Below are positions 25,301 to 40,300 of a stretch of DNA of 64,000 nucleotides, piece by piece. The stretch is taken from contig JAQGDQ010002370.1 of assembly GCA_030141605.1 (NCBI GenBank), positions 399,167 through 463,166 of the forward strand, written 5' to 3'. Source of the DNA: Tubiluchus corallicola. Its lineage: Eukaryota > Animalia > Priapulida. Every line of letters begins with the position of its first letter. Position 1 is the first letter of the stretch. A program made the translations under genes and the position numbers. Under the pieces are notes generated by a model. It was not told the DNA's origin and searched no databases. It saw nothing but the letters and a program-made list of their open reading frames with translations.

Positions 25301-28300
25301 AATAAACTAACTGTAATTTTTCAGGTATTCTTTGCTGTCATGATAGGCGCATTTGCCATGGGCCATGCAGCAGCTCCGTTGTCAGATTTTGCTAATGCAC
25401 GAGGTGCAGCTTCAAAAGTGTATGAGATAATAGACACGGTGTGTTAAGTTATTTCCAGAAATTTACATTTTCTGTTTTCCAGATTTACCATTTTGAAGCT
25501 TAATAAATTAATCTAAATTGTTTTTAAATACTTAAGTTTTGTGGCTGATAAATTAGACAAGTTTCCTGATTTTCTAATTGCAATGTTAGAGAAGTAGTTA
25601 AGATATTTTTGGTGGCACAGAAGAAATGGGCCAATGTTGAGACTGCAATAACATTAGAAGCAAGTGCCTTAAAAAGTTGAAATTTCATGGTGTTACAATA
25701 CATTAACTTTTGCCTGTGAGAGCTACATATTTTTGGCTTTAGCCAGTGGTTTCCAAACTTTCTCGGACCGTTACCCAAATCGGGAAACCCGGTCGTGTCC
25801 ATTACCCCCCACCTAGTACTACATCTCCAACTCAAAAAGCAAACACACGTATATGCCACAAGCAAGCAAAATTATTTATGTTTGCTCGTGACATAAATAA
25901 ATTTCCAGGTGTTGTTGTTGTATTGTTTTGGAAGAAAACTACGTAAAATGCATTCCGAGCGAAGTTTTAAAAATTTTCGGAGGGGTGCCCGTTACCCCCC
26001 CAAAAAAACCATATTACCCCCGGGGGGTAATTTACCCCTACTTTGGGAACCACTGGCTTTAGCGATGTTTAAGTTTAAGTTGTAGCCGAAAAGCTTTTGT
26101 ATGTTAAAAATTTAAATGCACAATATCAGCTATTCATCAATTGAAAAAACAATCACATTCATGTATAAAGCATTCAATAAATTGCAGCAAAACAACAAAG
26201 AAATTAAACAGTTTACATCTTGGTTTTCACCACAAAAGATAACACACCAATAAAGATTTATTGTCAAGTTGTTAGGAAAAAATGGGACTTAATCCTCTGG
26301 ACTGTGGTATCTGAAATTCCTGAAAGAGAGTGTACCCAAAGTTGCACAGAGATGTTTGATACAGAAAAATTGAAAGCAAAAATTGTTAAGTGCTGGAACT
26401 AGATATTCCATAAAGAAGTAATAGGTATATCGGCTGTTGGAAAAAAATGCCTTCATCTAGTTTGCATTGAAAATGATGGACATGTGAGCACTTGTAATTT
26501 TAACAATGGAGATATACAAAATATTTTATGGCATTTGTTTTTTTGACTTGCTGATTTAAATTTCTGTTTCTTTAAAAGAATCTAAGGGAATGACTTCTGG
26601 CATTTATGCACATTCCTATGGTTAATCCAGTATGGTAATTTCTAAGCAATTTCATTTTTTCTTCGTATAATAGCCCCAGATACCCGATATGTGGTGTGGT
26701 GATAATTATGGGTGGGCAAATCAAAGTTTTAAGTTAAAGAGTGTCAGTTGGAGCTGATTTTTGTCATTCAAAAATATTTCAAAATAATTATGTACTTCAC
26801 TTTTTTAACTCATCTGTGAGACAATTCTTGCAACTTTATGTTCCTTCTTGATAAGTCATTCAGGTAGTGCTTACTGATCTGTATTGTCATACCATTTCAT
26901 ATAGGATATTTTTATTACCACTTTATTACAAATTATTTTTCATTTACAAAAGTTCTCTCTTATACTGACCACATATACTCACTGAGACATGATTAAAGTG
27001 TTATGACTATATTTGCAGGGCTTGCTGTAATATCTTGAGTTGCAAAGATGTTGTGATTGTCTTGTGAATCATTAATTTATTAATGACTTTTGTTGCAAGT
27101 ATTTTTATGTTGTAACTAATATTCCCAGTTACCAGAATGATGTTGTTGGCAGTATTTTTGTGGTTTTAGAAATGTATATTGTATTGTCTCCCAAAAATCA
27201 AAATGATGTCTGTTGAGACTAATGCATTCCTTAATGTCAAAATTTATAGAGTGCGTGTGCAAATGTCTATAGTTTAAGCTAATTCATGTCATTTTAACAA
27301 TGACTGAGCAGTCTCATAAGTGATTTAGCTTATCAACATTCAAAAGTATTATTTAGGTTAAGTATACTGCATGTGATGAATGTTGCTTTGCTGACAGTGA
27401 TATATTTTTTAATTCATTAGTAGTTATAATGGCAGTGTTATTATTTATAGGTTCCAGTCATAGATTCACAATCTACATCAGGTGAAAAACCTTCCAATAT
27501 TGTAGGGAATATTGAATTTAAGGATGTGCATTTTCAGTATCCGTCTAGGCCTGATGTAAAGGTTAGTTGTTAAAGCTTTCTTCGCTCAAAATATTTCCTT
27601 TAGAAGTTCAAAATATTTCCTGTTAGCATTCGATTTACCATTTTTGTGATTTTATGTCATGACTTGTGCATCAGTATGCCATTGTACTGTTTTTAACTAC
27701 CTGTACATTACTAATTAGGGATGTGCAAAAACCAAGCCCAGTTGACCACTGAGCCACAGTTTCAGTCCACGGTTTACTTTGTAAAGACCCCATAATTTCA
27801 TTATTATAGTAGATTGAACACAGCTAATTCACGTTTTGGCAAGTCAGTCCATTTGCATTTATGATGAGCCTTTAAAATGGCTCAGACCGACATTGTGCAA
27901 TTGTAAATTTACTTCAGATGCTTGCAAAATTTCCATTACAATATTTAGAAAGTTTCAGTTTGGATTTGGTTTGGTTTCATTTTTTTAATTTTTGCACAAC
28001 CCTTTTGCTATTATTGGGTTGAGAGTTATTGAGAAAATGAAACTTTAAACTACAAATTTTATTTTGTGCCTCAGGTGCTGAAAGGTCTGAATTTGAGAGT
28101 TGAGAATGGACAAACCGTGGCACTGGTAGGTCCAAGTGGTTGTGGAAAAAGTACAGTTGTGCAACTCATACAACGATTGTATGACACCATCAATGGTTCG
28201 GTATTGTTACTTTTACTATTATACAATCAGAGTCTTTATTATTGCTATTGTGAGTTTCATCAAATTTGAGTCATTTATTGCTGATATTTTATTTTGGCCT

Positions 28301-31300
28301 TTTTACAATGAAGCATTGTTTAGCTATATCTTTCATTCTAATATAAAGAGCTGTTTGGAAACCTGGAAATCCCTCAGCAGTTGATGGGCACCCTCAGCAG
28401 TTGATGGGCTGCTGACATACAGATGTAATGCAAATGATTGTCAAAGGATTTCTCAAACTTTAGAAAGTTCATGATTTTTTCATGGTTTTGTTGCAATGTC
28501 ATAACTGGCCATCATGTTATAGGTGATGTTGGATGGGCGAGATATAAAAACACTGAACGTAAAATGGTTAAGAGATAATATTGGAATCGTCAGCCAAGAG
28601 CCTGTATTGTTTGGCACTACGATTGGAGAGAATATTCGCTATGGACGTGATGGAGTTTCGCAAACTCAGATAGAGGATGCAGCCCGGGAGGCAAATGCTC
28701 ACAACTTCATTATGAAGTTGCCACAGGTATCATTTTCTTCATCCTAAAATCATCAGATTATAAAATATCTAAAAGAGAAAACTTTCCGTGGTTTGCCTCT
28801 TGTGTTATTAAGAAAGGATTTGTTGTCATGTACACTAATTTCAGGTTTTATTTTGTCTGCCTTTGTGTCAAAAAGTCGCTTTTGCATTCAAAAACTTGTG
28901 GCATGAATGAAAAGTTGAACTATACCAATTTAGCTGACAATTGACTTTTATTATTACTATTAAGTTGTGTTGGTAGTGCTTTATTAAAAACAGCACACAA
29001 ATCCCTTTGGATTTGCCTAAAACTGAATTTAGCTTGTCATGTTTACATATAGCAGCCTTCGCCCTTTGGCTCAAATTTACAGTACTTAGATTGTGCTTTG
29101 ATTCTGACTGACGAAATGTTAACTTGATTCTGCAAGTAATTGGGGTGTACATAATAGTGTGCAGCTATGTAAACAATCAAAATTTTACACAGTGTGTCTT
29201 CATAACTGATATTAACATTTGTTGTGGTTTATTTAGAAATACAACACCCTAGTCGGAGAGAGAGGTGCACAACTGTCTGGTGGTCAGAAGCAAAGAATTG
29301 CTATAGCTAGAGCTCTTGTTCGTAATCCTCGGATATTACTGCTAGATGAAGCCACATCAGCATTAGATACAGAGAGTGAAGCTACTGTGCAAGCAGCATT
29401 GGATAATGTAAGGCATTTTAACAATCCACTAAAAAGTCGATTCTGTACCATTCAGAGTTATGTGTTATCAGCTCTGTTCTGATTAGTAGTTGCCAGGGCC
29501 TTAGTTGGTATGGTGGGTTTGATCCAAACTTGTGTTTTACAGGCACGATTGGGGCGCACTACAGTTGTGATAGCTCATCGACTTTCAACCATTAAAAATG
29601 CTGACAAGATTGTGCCTATTGAATTGGGTGTGTCAGTTGAGGAAGGTAGTCATGCAGAACTAATGAAAAAGGGTGGAGTCTACTATCACTTAGTAATGGC
29701 ACAGGTAAGCTAGTAACTGAAAATTTTTATTGAAACCATCCACATAATTTTTGGTCGAGGGACTTTACACAAATTGCTGCTTTTCTGGACGTTGTTGTTT
29801 TTGTGTCATTTGAGTTGAACTTTACTTCAAAACTTTATGGTCTGTATTCTGTGCAGCTTTACTAATTCAGAATTTTTCTGAGGTTGATTTAATTTTTTTA
29901 AGAGCGAAGGTTTGGAAGACATTGAAGAGAATGAAGCAGCCGTTATATCATATACTGATCTTTCTGGTTCTCCTAAAACTCGTTCTGAGAGCCATGTGTC
30001 TGTAAAAAGAGTGTTAAGTCGACAGATTTCTCGTGGAATGTCAGTAACATCAATAGGATCGGATAAACCTGCAGCTCCTGAAGTTGATGAGGTAAACATT
30101 GATTGAGTAAAATTCATCTTATATGTTCAGCATTGATTGCATTAGATTAGACTAGACTAGACTAAACCAGAGATGTGCCGATATGGGAATCTGTGTTACG
30201 ATCCGATACCGATTATTTTTACCTATTGCTGTTGGCCGATCCGATCCGATTTCAGACCCAAGCTGATATGTTGGTATTAGAATTGCTGCAACAGTAATTA
30301 TGTTGTGACTGTGAGAAGTCAAAATACGATATAATTATGACATTAGCTTTTAAATAAGACGCTTATTGACTTCTTTTACAGTTATAATTATGACATTTTT
30401 GTCCTTCAGTAAAGTACTAGTTGTATACTAGTTTTGTGTTTATAGCTTCTGTTTTATTATTAATACCTTTAGTTTATCATTTGCTAGGGTCAGCTTCGTA
30501 TAATTTACTCAACAACATATTTCAGTCCCGACAGCAATTTGGGCTTTTAAACGCACATCAAAAAACACTTCACGGTGAAAAAAATAACTGGTAAAGATGT
30601 TTCATGTAAAATTGCAGATGCGAAAGAAACATGTGATAGTTTGGTAACAACCTCACAGGCACAGAGCTTGAACTTGAAAATATTTGCATTTTACATGTAT
30701 GAAACACCTGTTTTAGTCAAACTCGTACGTTTTATGGCTCAGTCAGCACTTAAAAGTTGTGGCACTTGTATGTAAATGGCATGGTGAAAATGAAATAGAC
30801 CTTTTGAAGAAACTGCATAAACTAATGACCATAAGTGCTTGTTACCATTCATTTTGTGCTAATAACAGAAGGCTCAATCAAAGTTTATTTTAGGTGTAGT
30901 CAAAGTGAAAATTTATTTCAGGAGAAACTTTTAACATCCACGTTCCTATTGCAGATATTAGAGCATTATCGGCTAGAGATCGATCTGCTCCAATGTGCTA
31001 GTTTGTTTGCCTATCTTTTTATTGTAAACAAACTTAGTGTGCCATAATATGACAGAAAATATCAGTTGAACTTGCACAGAAGTTGAACGTTATTTTCTAT
31101 AGTGAAAAGTTATGAGAAAGCCTTCAGTTTTTTGCTGATGATTTTTTAGCATTCTGTTCGTCCTTAAACTATAATTTAATGTTTTATACTGGGTATTACA
31201 ATAAATTTGATATTCATAAGTGAATATCTATTGCAAAATGGCTTTCTAATTTCAGCTTCATAGCTTCAGATGGTTTGTGGTTTTAACTGGTATATCAAGC

Positions 31301-34300
31301 TTAATTTGCATAATGTCCACTTAATTGATGCAGATGTTATTACAGCATTGTTTTTGTCTGTTTGTACAAAATTGTACATTCTGAAAAGCTGTTATGGTTT
31401 GCAAATGCAGAAAATGCAAGTATTTTGTACTGCAGCAGGATAATAAGCAGGACACAAATTTTTACAAGCATTAAGCAGTTTGCATGTAATGAGTAGAAAG
31501 GCATGAGTTTATTTCATGGTTTTATTGTCTTTTAGTTACCTGTTTATCACATAGATGATTTTACATGTATAAATTGCTAATAATTACACCTGTCCGATAA
31601 GTTACGATTGAGATGCATTTTTGTCTTTTTAGAGAGATGTTTAAAGGAAGACAGGTTGATTTTTCTTATACTATCCCATTTTTAAGAATAGTAAAAAGTA
31701 TACATTTTCACACCAGTAATACTGAAAAAGTGTTACTGATAGTTAAAAAATAGATTAAAATCTTAATTAATGGCATTAATTAATTAACTATTGATGACAT
31801 CACAAACGAACATAATTTTCAACAGCAAAAATATTCAACGAGCGTGTTGCATGTGTTTATGAAAGGGAAGATTGAAGAGATTCAGTGTGTTGTACTAAAA
31901 CTCGGCAAGTTTAAAAAAAATTCAGATTTTCTTAAATTAAGTGAAGAAGTCAATGACACATGCCATTCTTGAAAAAATACTGTGTTCTCTTTCAATATTT
32001 CATAGAGTAGATTGTTTTGACATACAGTTTAAGATTGAGTCCAGTTCTGATCTGACTTCACACCTGACTTCAGGCATGACAGCAGTAAATGTTTTCAAAA
32101 TTTTAAGCTTTTGCACTCTGCATTAAGAGAATTTCACTTTTCTCCACAGGATGATGTGTCGGATCTCCCTCCTCCAAGTACACTACGTCTGATGAAGTTG
32201 AACTCTCCTGAGTGGCCATTCATCGCTGTGGGAACATTCTGTGCGATGGCTAATGGAACTATTATGCCTATATTTGCTGTCCTTTTTGCAGAAGTGCTTG
32301 GGGTATGACTGATGATTGTTTATGCAAACATTAATGTTTCATTTTTAACTAGTAGCACATTTTGTGTTGATGGCATTCTGTTACAGGATTCACAGAACAG
32401 TTGTTTTATGGTGAAAAGTCGTTTGGTGCTTATCATGTGAAAAGTGAAGTAAATCAACTGCATTTTTAATGTGTTAGGTGTTTTCAATCATAGACCTAGA
32501 GGAGCAAGAAAAAGAGTCCAATTGGTATGCACTTCTTTTTCTCCTCGTTGGAATTGCAGCTGGAGCCACTATGTTTTTACAGGTAAAAAATGAAATACTT
32601 GGACATTTCCTGTATTTAATAGTAGATTCTCAAATTTCCTTTGCTCTTATCAAATACATATTTTCTAATCAGCTAATGTTTAAATTATGTTTGTAAACAT
32701 TCTTCATTGAGCAAAACAGTGTTGCTTTCTAGGAATTATGCTTCTGATTCTTCAACTATTTTTAGTCATTGTAGTGTATTTGTAGCATTATAAATCAATT
32801 GAAATTGGGTTATTTCATTATACTATTAAAGTTCTTTCTTTCTTTAAGAAGACTTTGTCGATGCCGTTGCTTAAATACTTAATTTCTTAACTTTTTAAAA
32901 ATAGGTGTATTTCTTTGGCATATCTGGAGAAAGCTTGACTAAGAGATTACGTTATATGGGCTTCACATCAATGCTAAGACAAGAGATTGGTTGGTTTGAT
33001 GACAGGAAGAATACAGTGGGGGCACTCATGACTCGTCTTGCTACTGATGCGTCTAATGTTCAGGGGGTTGGTTTTTTTTAAGAAACATTGTGTCATTAAT
33101 AATATGTTTTCATGGTGTTTGCTGTCCTGGAGATCAGCTTCATAAGCTGTTCTTGTTTTGTGTCACCATTTGAAACTTATTCTTAACTTCCAGTATGGCT
33201 ATTACTTTTTCGGTGCCTTTTTGACAAGTAGCTATGTAAGTAACGCTTATGTGTTGTGTTTTGCCTTAAGATGTATTGTTTGGTAGGTTTCAGGGGTAAA
33301 TTTTGTTTAATTGTTCTGACAAATTTTAAACTGGAGGTGAAGGAAATTTTAATTCTAAGAATGTTTGATCTTTTTAGATGACATGGTATAATTCATTATG
33401 TTGGAGTTTTGTGTCAGAATTTCTAGATTTCGCTTTAATGTGAGAAATGATGTGCAAACCTGAAGTAATTTATAAGTGTTCAGTTTAACAATTTGTTGTT
33501 ATGAAATATTGTAAATCAATGACTTTTGAGTCGGCTACTTTTGTAATTACTGCTCCACTATAATCACCCAACATTCTGTGCAGGTTTATACTATAATGAA
33601 GTGATGTCACATTACAGGCATATATACGATTCGGTCATTATTCTTAATATAAGAGAACAGCCATTAACATTGTAGGCACAGTAATAATGCCTTCTGTATG
33701 AAGATATGATGCTTATTTTTATATTTTCAGGCAACAGGAGCACGACTCGGATCCACGCTAAACGGATTTGCTAGTATTGCATGTGGATTAGCTATAGCTT
33801 TTTCTAATAGCTGGCAACTCACGCTGGTCATTCTGGCTTTCACACCTTTTATAATGCTTGGTGGTGTACTACAGATGAAAATGTTGGCAGGAAATGCGCA
33901 TCTTGATAAGGATGCATTAGAGAACAGTGGACGTGTAAGCTTGAAGCTCTCATAACGCAGATAACAATTTTTGAGAACAAGAATAGTAGAATGAAATAAA
34001 ACGTCCCACAATTAAAAACAAGGAAAAAAGAAAGAACACAATGTTTCAAACTAGCATTGCAATTCTTCGGGTGAGCAAAAATGGCCAAAAAGAGCAAAAA
34101 ATCACAAGTGCTTACTGTGGTCACGTTTTTGTTCTGAAAAAACTACAGTGCGAATTTGAAATGTTGTGTTCTTTCTTTTTCCTTGTTTTTCGGTTGTGTT
34201 GATTTTTTATAAATGGAGTTCTCAAGAAAGTTCAGATTTTTCTTTTTCTTATGACACATTTGTGCCAAAGTCCATTTATTGAAGCTCATAATAAACACAA

Positions 34301-37300
34301 TTAAATTTTCATTTATTTCCTTGCTCATTTACTTGTGATTTTAATGTATGAACAATTATTTTAAAGGTGGCTACAGAAGGAATAGATAACATCAGAACAG
34401 TGGCATCATTGTCGAAGGAGAAGCATTTTGTCAATCAGTATTCTTCAAGTCTTCGTATTCCATTTAAGTATGTAGTTGTATCAAAATTAAGAAGATTTTT
34501 TTTTGCACTTTTCATTTTTGTCATGATTGGTTTGATGACAGGTAGAACACAGTAGGGACACGTCAAGGCTTCATATTCCATTTAGATATATAATCTTTGT
34601 ATTGATGATCAACATGTGAAAGCAAAGATTTGTTTTACATTTTTTTCATTTCGGTGAGGTAGGGTGTGTGTGTGTGTGCATGTGCGTGCTCGTGCGTGCG
34701 CGTGTTGTTGTTGTTGTTGTTGTTGTTGTTGGGCCGAGGATTAATTCCGGGTCTTCTAAAGCGAAGCTGAGGAATTCTAAAGCAGTTGTTTGAACTAATT
34801 AAGCTTGTATGCCACGAATGCCAAGTTTTCTTTTCCTAGTATGTTCTGGAAATTAGTTAGGCAATAATGTCATACTTATGTTGTTATGGCAGTTTCTGGA
34901 AAGTAGGAGAATGTATTTTTATTGTGGTCTACCTAATTTTTGATACACTTGTACTTTCTGATCTTTTCATTTATATAGTTTGTTTTATGTGATTATAAAA
35001 ATTGTTGGGCTGTTTTGTAAGGCATTGATTTGTTAAAATTTCAAAAAGTTTTCAGCCTTGTTAATGTCGTAACAGTGCAATACCCGTTCTTTAAGCATTT
35101 GGCAAGCTAATTCATTCTACAATAAAGCTATTTTGAACCAACAGGAATTCAATGATCCGATGTCATTTGTACGGTATAGCATTCAGCTTTTCACAGGGTA
35201 TCATCTTCTTTGCATATTCTGCTTGCTTCTACTATGGTGCAGTGCTAATCGAAGAGAAGGGTTTAGACTACGAAAAGGTTTTCAAGTGAGTGGCTTAAAT
35301 TTTACAAATACTTTGCACATACATACAAGTGTTTGAAGTTTGCATCCAGAGTTGTGCAGAAATTGGTGAGTTTTTTCCTGAAAATCATCCTAAAAATAAA
35401 ATATGTTGTTTTTGATGCTTCTCTTGGTAAGTTAAAATCCTGAAACAGACTTCATGCTGATAACTTGTTGATTAAAAAGGAATGGAGGAATACCCATTCT
35501 TTCAAAAATCTGAAATGGCATTTTTTGAAACAGTTAACAGCTGTTAACTACTTGTCAAGACGTATGGCCAATTTTATGTAGAGCTGATAAGCATGCTTTG
35601 TTATTTCCTTGCTTATATTTTTAGTCAGTAAGTGCTTTCAAATAGATTATCAAAAATAGTTTAGATGATTTGTACAAATAAGTATTCTTTTATTTGATTT
35701 AAACAATGATTTTTTTTAAACTAAAAACAAAAATTTAGTTTTGTTGTCTATTTTGCCAACATGCACAGAGCAAATTAAATTCGTGCCATAAATGAGACTG
35801 CCTGATAAGTTCTGTATCATAATTTATTTTAATGCTTTTAGAGTATTTTCTGCTATTGTGTTTGGAGCAATGTCACTGGGTCAGGCCAGCAGCTTTGCAC
35901 CGGACTTTGCCAAAGCTAAAACTTCTTCACAGAGAGTCTTGCATTTATTTGACCGAGTTCCATTGATTGATAGTTCATCTCCTGATGGTGAAAAACCTGT
36001 AAGCTGTACAATTGATCATCAGTATAAAAGAAGTAACTTTTTGACATTTTGTGAAAAGGAAAATGGCCATAGCATATGTTTTGCAACCAAAGTTAAGTAA
36101 TGCTGAGCCAGGTTAGTAAATGGATTGAAAAGGAAATGGAAATGGTGCTTTTTGTTGAATCTTTTCAGGATCGTATTTTCTAATAAACATTTCTGCCCAA
36201 GTTTTTTTCATTAATCTTATTTGAAAGGAAAACACCAATGAAGTTTTTATCAAAGTTTCAAGGATTACACCTTTGAAGAGATAATAAGAAAGCTTGTTTG
36301 TCTAAATGACAATGTATTACTTCCTTGTATAGATTATTTTTTGTGAAAATTTAATGCTATTCAATATGCTTGAGCCGCTAGTGCAACTTGTTAACGATCA
36401 TCGGATACTTGCAGTACAGTGCGTGTGAAACTGTTGACCTTATTTTTTTCAGAACTGTATTGCAATTTTACATATTTTTTTACTGTAACAATGTTTATGA
36501 ACTCGAATGCTGAATGTTCACTGTTCATTGTTTTAGAGTACTTGTATTGGGAGAATACAGTTTAAGTCAGTCAACTTTAACTATCCATCACGCCCAGATG
36601 TGCCAGTGCTTGTTGGATTTGACTTGACTATTGATCCGTCACAAATGGTGGCTTTAGTTGGTAGTAGTGGCTGTGGAAAGAGTACTACTGTGCAGCTGTT
36701 GGAGAGGTTTTATGACCCTCTAGAAGGGCAAGTGGTGAGCTGCATATGTTGTAAAGGATGTAAACTCTAGTATTGTTTAGTTAAATATCGGGTAAATATG
36801 TCATTTTTAGTCCCAGACTCCCAGTCTATAACTTAGAATAAGCTTGAAGAAGGATGTATCTAGGAAGCCATGAAACCTTGCAAAAATCTTTGTGAATTGA
36901 CAGTTAATCTTCAGAACACTGCACTGTTTGTATGTAATTGCTTATTATTTGTATAATTGGTTTTATGCAACTAAAGGCATATCAGCCCATCTTTGTTAAT
37001 GTGAACAGAAACAAATTCTTGGAAACTTTGGAACTTGTAAATTTTGGATAAGCTAAGTAATAATTTTCTTCCAATAACTAATATACACTGTAATAATTTT
37101 CTTCAAATGAGCAAAAATGAAATTATTAATAATTAAAAAATGGCCAGGAAAGTTACCACAGTTTCCAATTTGATGGTTTTTTCACAAATATTTAGAGGTT
37201 AGTTTTTATAAATAAAGGGGAAGAAAACCTCCAAAAAATTTCAAAGCAGTGAAAGGTAGCAACGGTCAATCGAGTCTTTGATTCATCATAATCTAGGCTA

Positions 37301-40300
37301 GCTATTTTTGCTAATGATATTTAACTTTAACTAGATGATTGATGGGAAAGATATAAAAAATCTGAACATTCAATGGCTTCGACAACAACTTGGCATTGTC
37401 AGCCAAGAACCAGTTTTGTTTGATGCTACGATTGCGGAGAACATTAGCTATGGAGATAACGAGCGAAATGTTCTCATGGATGAAATAATAGCCGCAGCCA
37501 GAAGTGCTAATATTCATACATTTATTCAGTCCCTACCTGAGGTATTTTTGCTATATTGTGATGCTGTATTAAAAATATTATCATTGCCTATGTTCCTTCA
37601 GAAGTTCCTGTATTCATTGTTTACAGTTCAGTGTGATTAGTGAATGCTGTGTTTGGTACATGGTACCAACCACTGCTATTCAATAGCTATTCGAATGGAA
37701 CGAACGAAATTTTAGTCATTTTCAATGACACTTGAACGAAATGAATGAAATTTTTTAAAACTAATGACAATATACAAAACAAAAAGCATCAAAAATTTAT
37801 AATAGTGTCCTAAGTAAGTGTTAATAATTAAAATTGGAATATTTTTTCTTGACACTGCCGTCTGGAGGACGCGATGGCACGCAGCTAACAAAAATGTGGC
37901 ACCATCTAGCAGCAAAGTGGTCTAGTAGATACTTACAGCATTTAGCATTTAAAAAACCAATAAAAGACCAGCAATAGACAATAAATGCTGATATAGTTAT
38001 TGAAAGGGAAAAATTGCCAAACTAATTACCGACATCCATATTTTATGGTTCTGCTTGCTAGGTATTTGTCAGGTCACTTAACCTATAAGTAAAAAATATT
38101 AAGGCTAAATAAGCACTAGTACTATTACTCCCACTGACATATTTTTCCTAGAAAAGATAACTATGACAAACTTAAATTTTTGTCAGCTATAATAGTACAT
38201 ATAATACTAAATTGATAATTGTCTGATAATTTTTTATAGGTATTTGCAAAAATAAAAAATAATATAAATATTTTTATAAACAATTTTATTTAACAATAGC
38301 TTATAATTGTTCATGGAAAGAAGTGGCCATCTGAGCTGTAACAATTCAGCGTACTTTTGCTTATATATTTAACATAACCTCAGCTTTGGCATGCATTTCA
38401 AGGAAGATTTTAATTTCTCTTATCAAAGAAGATGTTACACAAAGTAGATGTAGATATGTGTAGATACTGAAGAAAATGGATGATAATACATTTAGATGCT
38501 GCAAAAGTAGTTGTTCAAAATGTTGAATGAATGATTTATTTATGTTAATGCTGAGGCATCTGCATGAAGCTGAAAGTTCGTTTTCCGAGTTTGTTTTCTC
38601 AAACATTACCTGAAAACAGACTGGTATATTTATTTGAGTTTAAAGTGTAGTCAGGATCGTTAAGCAGGTGTTTTTCAGCATTGCTTTTCACTCTGACATT
38701 ACAAGCAGTAGATTTGCCATGGCAAACCATTTTGTCAAAACCTTGATGTCTGGGAGAGTGTGAGATTAAGATGAAGTTGGAGACTTAGTTTGCAAAAGCA
38801 TGAATGTATGGAGGGATAATGTCACAATATTTAAACTTTTATGATATTAATCACCACAAAATTGCTTAGAATGTTCAGTTGCAGACAGAATTTTCAAGTG
38901 GTGTACTGCTGTCAATTTTTAGGCATTTATATCTGGTTTTCAAAACATTATTGCGGCTGGTTTGTGTCATAACTAATGTACATTTGTGTCCCTTTTGTGA
39001 CATCCAGTATTGTATTAAACACATTATAATAGTTATGCATTTTCTAGGACTTGTATGTTAAATATCCTTAATTCCAAAACTATCTTTACTAGGGATATGC
39101 AACAAATGTTGGAGAAAAAGGTACCCAGTTGAGCGGTGGACAAAAACAGCGAATTGCCATTGCTAGAGCACTGATTCGTAATCCCAGAATATTATTATTA
39201 GACGAAGCAACATCAGCTTTGGATACAGAAAGTGAACGGGTAAGTTTTTTTGCAGCGCTGATATTAAACAGAAAGTTATGATTCGACAGTAAATGATTGT
39301 CTTACGATCTGTTGGACTACATGACACTTCATACTTTGCAAAAAAATAACACTGTATCTTAGAAAGTTGTCGTGAAAGCAACGTATTTGAATAATAATTA
39401 TGGTAAAGTTAATTGTGAATTGAGAAGTTATATAAAGGAGTTACAAGAAATGGTTTCACGAATTATGAGATAACACTAGAGAATTTTCTAAGAACATAAT
39501 GTTCCTTACTACTACGTAATTAGGGTCATGTGCAGAATTACAATTAAATTATAAATGTTAATTTTCCTTGAAATTGAACAATAAATTATGCCGGTTTCTT
39601 TTAAAAAAAAGCTTAAAGGAGCCAGATTTTTGCTGCTGTACGAGCAGAAATCGAATTTAAAAATCCTTAATGACAGCCTTGATAGATGCATTCATGGCTT
39701 CATGGTGAGGGAGAATACAAGCCTGTCCCACCATTTCCTCCACTTCGATTTAATCTTCTAATCTAACACTGAATCCACAGAACTGATTTAGTCACATTTG
39801 GGTTACACATATTTTCCTCAGGACTTCAACTAGTTAAATAAATTTTCCTTAGGAACTCAACTAGTTAAATAATCGTTATCACAATAACATGGGCAAACTG
39901 TCTAGAAACAATTTTCCACCTGTTATCCATCTATTTGCCACTACTGTTATGTTACCTTGCAGGTACACATGGTACAACGTAAAGCAAGTTTACCACTTCT
40001 TCATTTGCAAGTCAAGCAGCTCTTGTGTTATCTTGCAAGTACACTTGGTACAAGCTACAACTTTTTGTTCATAAACTGTTATTTAGCGGTAGTCTAGTTA
40101 TGAACTAGGTAACCAGAAAAATATGCAGACAAGGAAATTTTAAATTTCAACATTTTTTAGGTGGTGCAAGATGCTCTCGATAATGCACAAAAGGGACGTA
40201 CATCTGTCACCATTGCACACCGGCTTTCAACGATTTATCACTCTGATAAAATAGCAGTTATAAATCATGGAAAGGTAGCGGAGGAGGGCCAACATGCTGA

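Noticed and set aside
28371-28409. Direct repeats considered as a CRISPR-like array (also 39811-39872 and 9281-9330)
   Set aside because: Only two adjacent copies with no unique spacers, in a eukaryotic context.
38713-38726. TTTGCCATGGCAAA palindrome resembling an X-box
   Set aside because: Lacks the terminal G/C of the consensus and lies deep in an ABCB1 intron with no supporting context.
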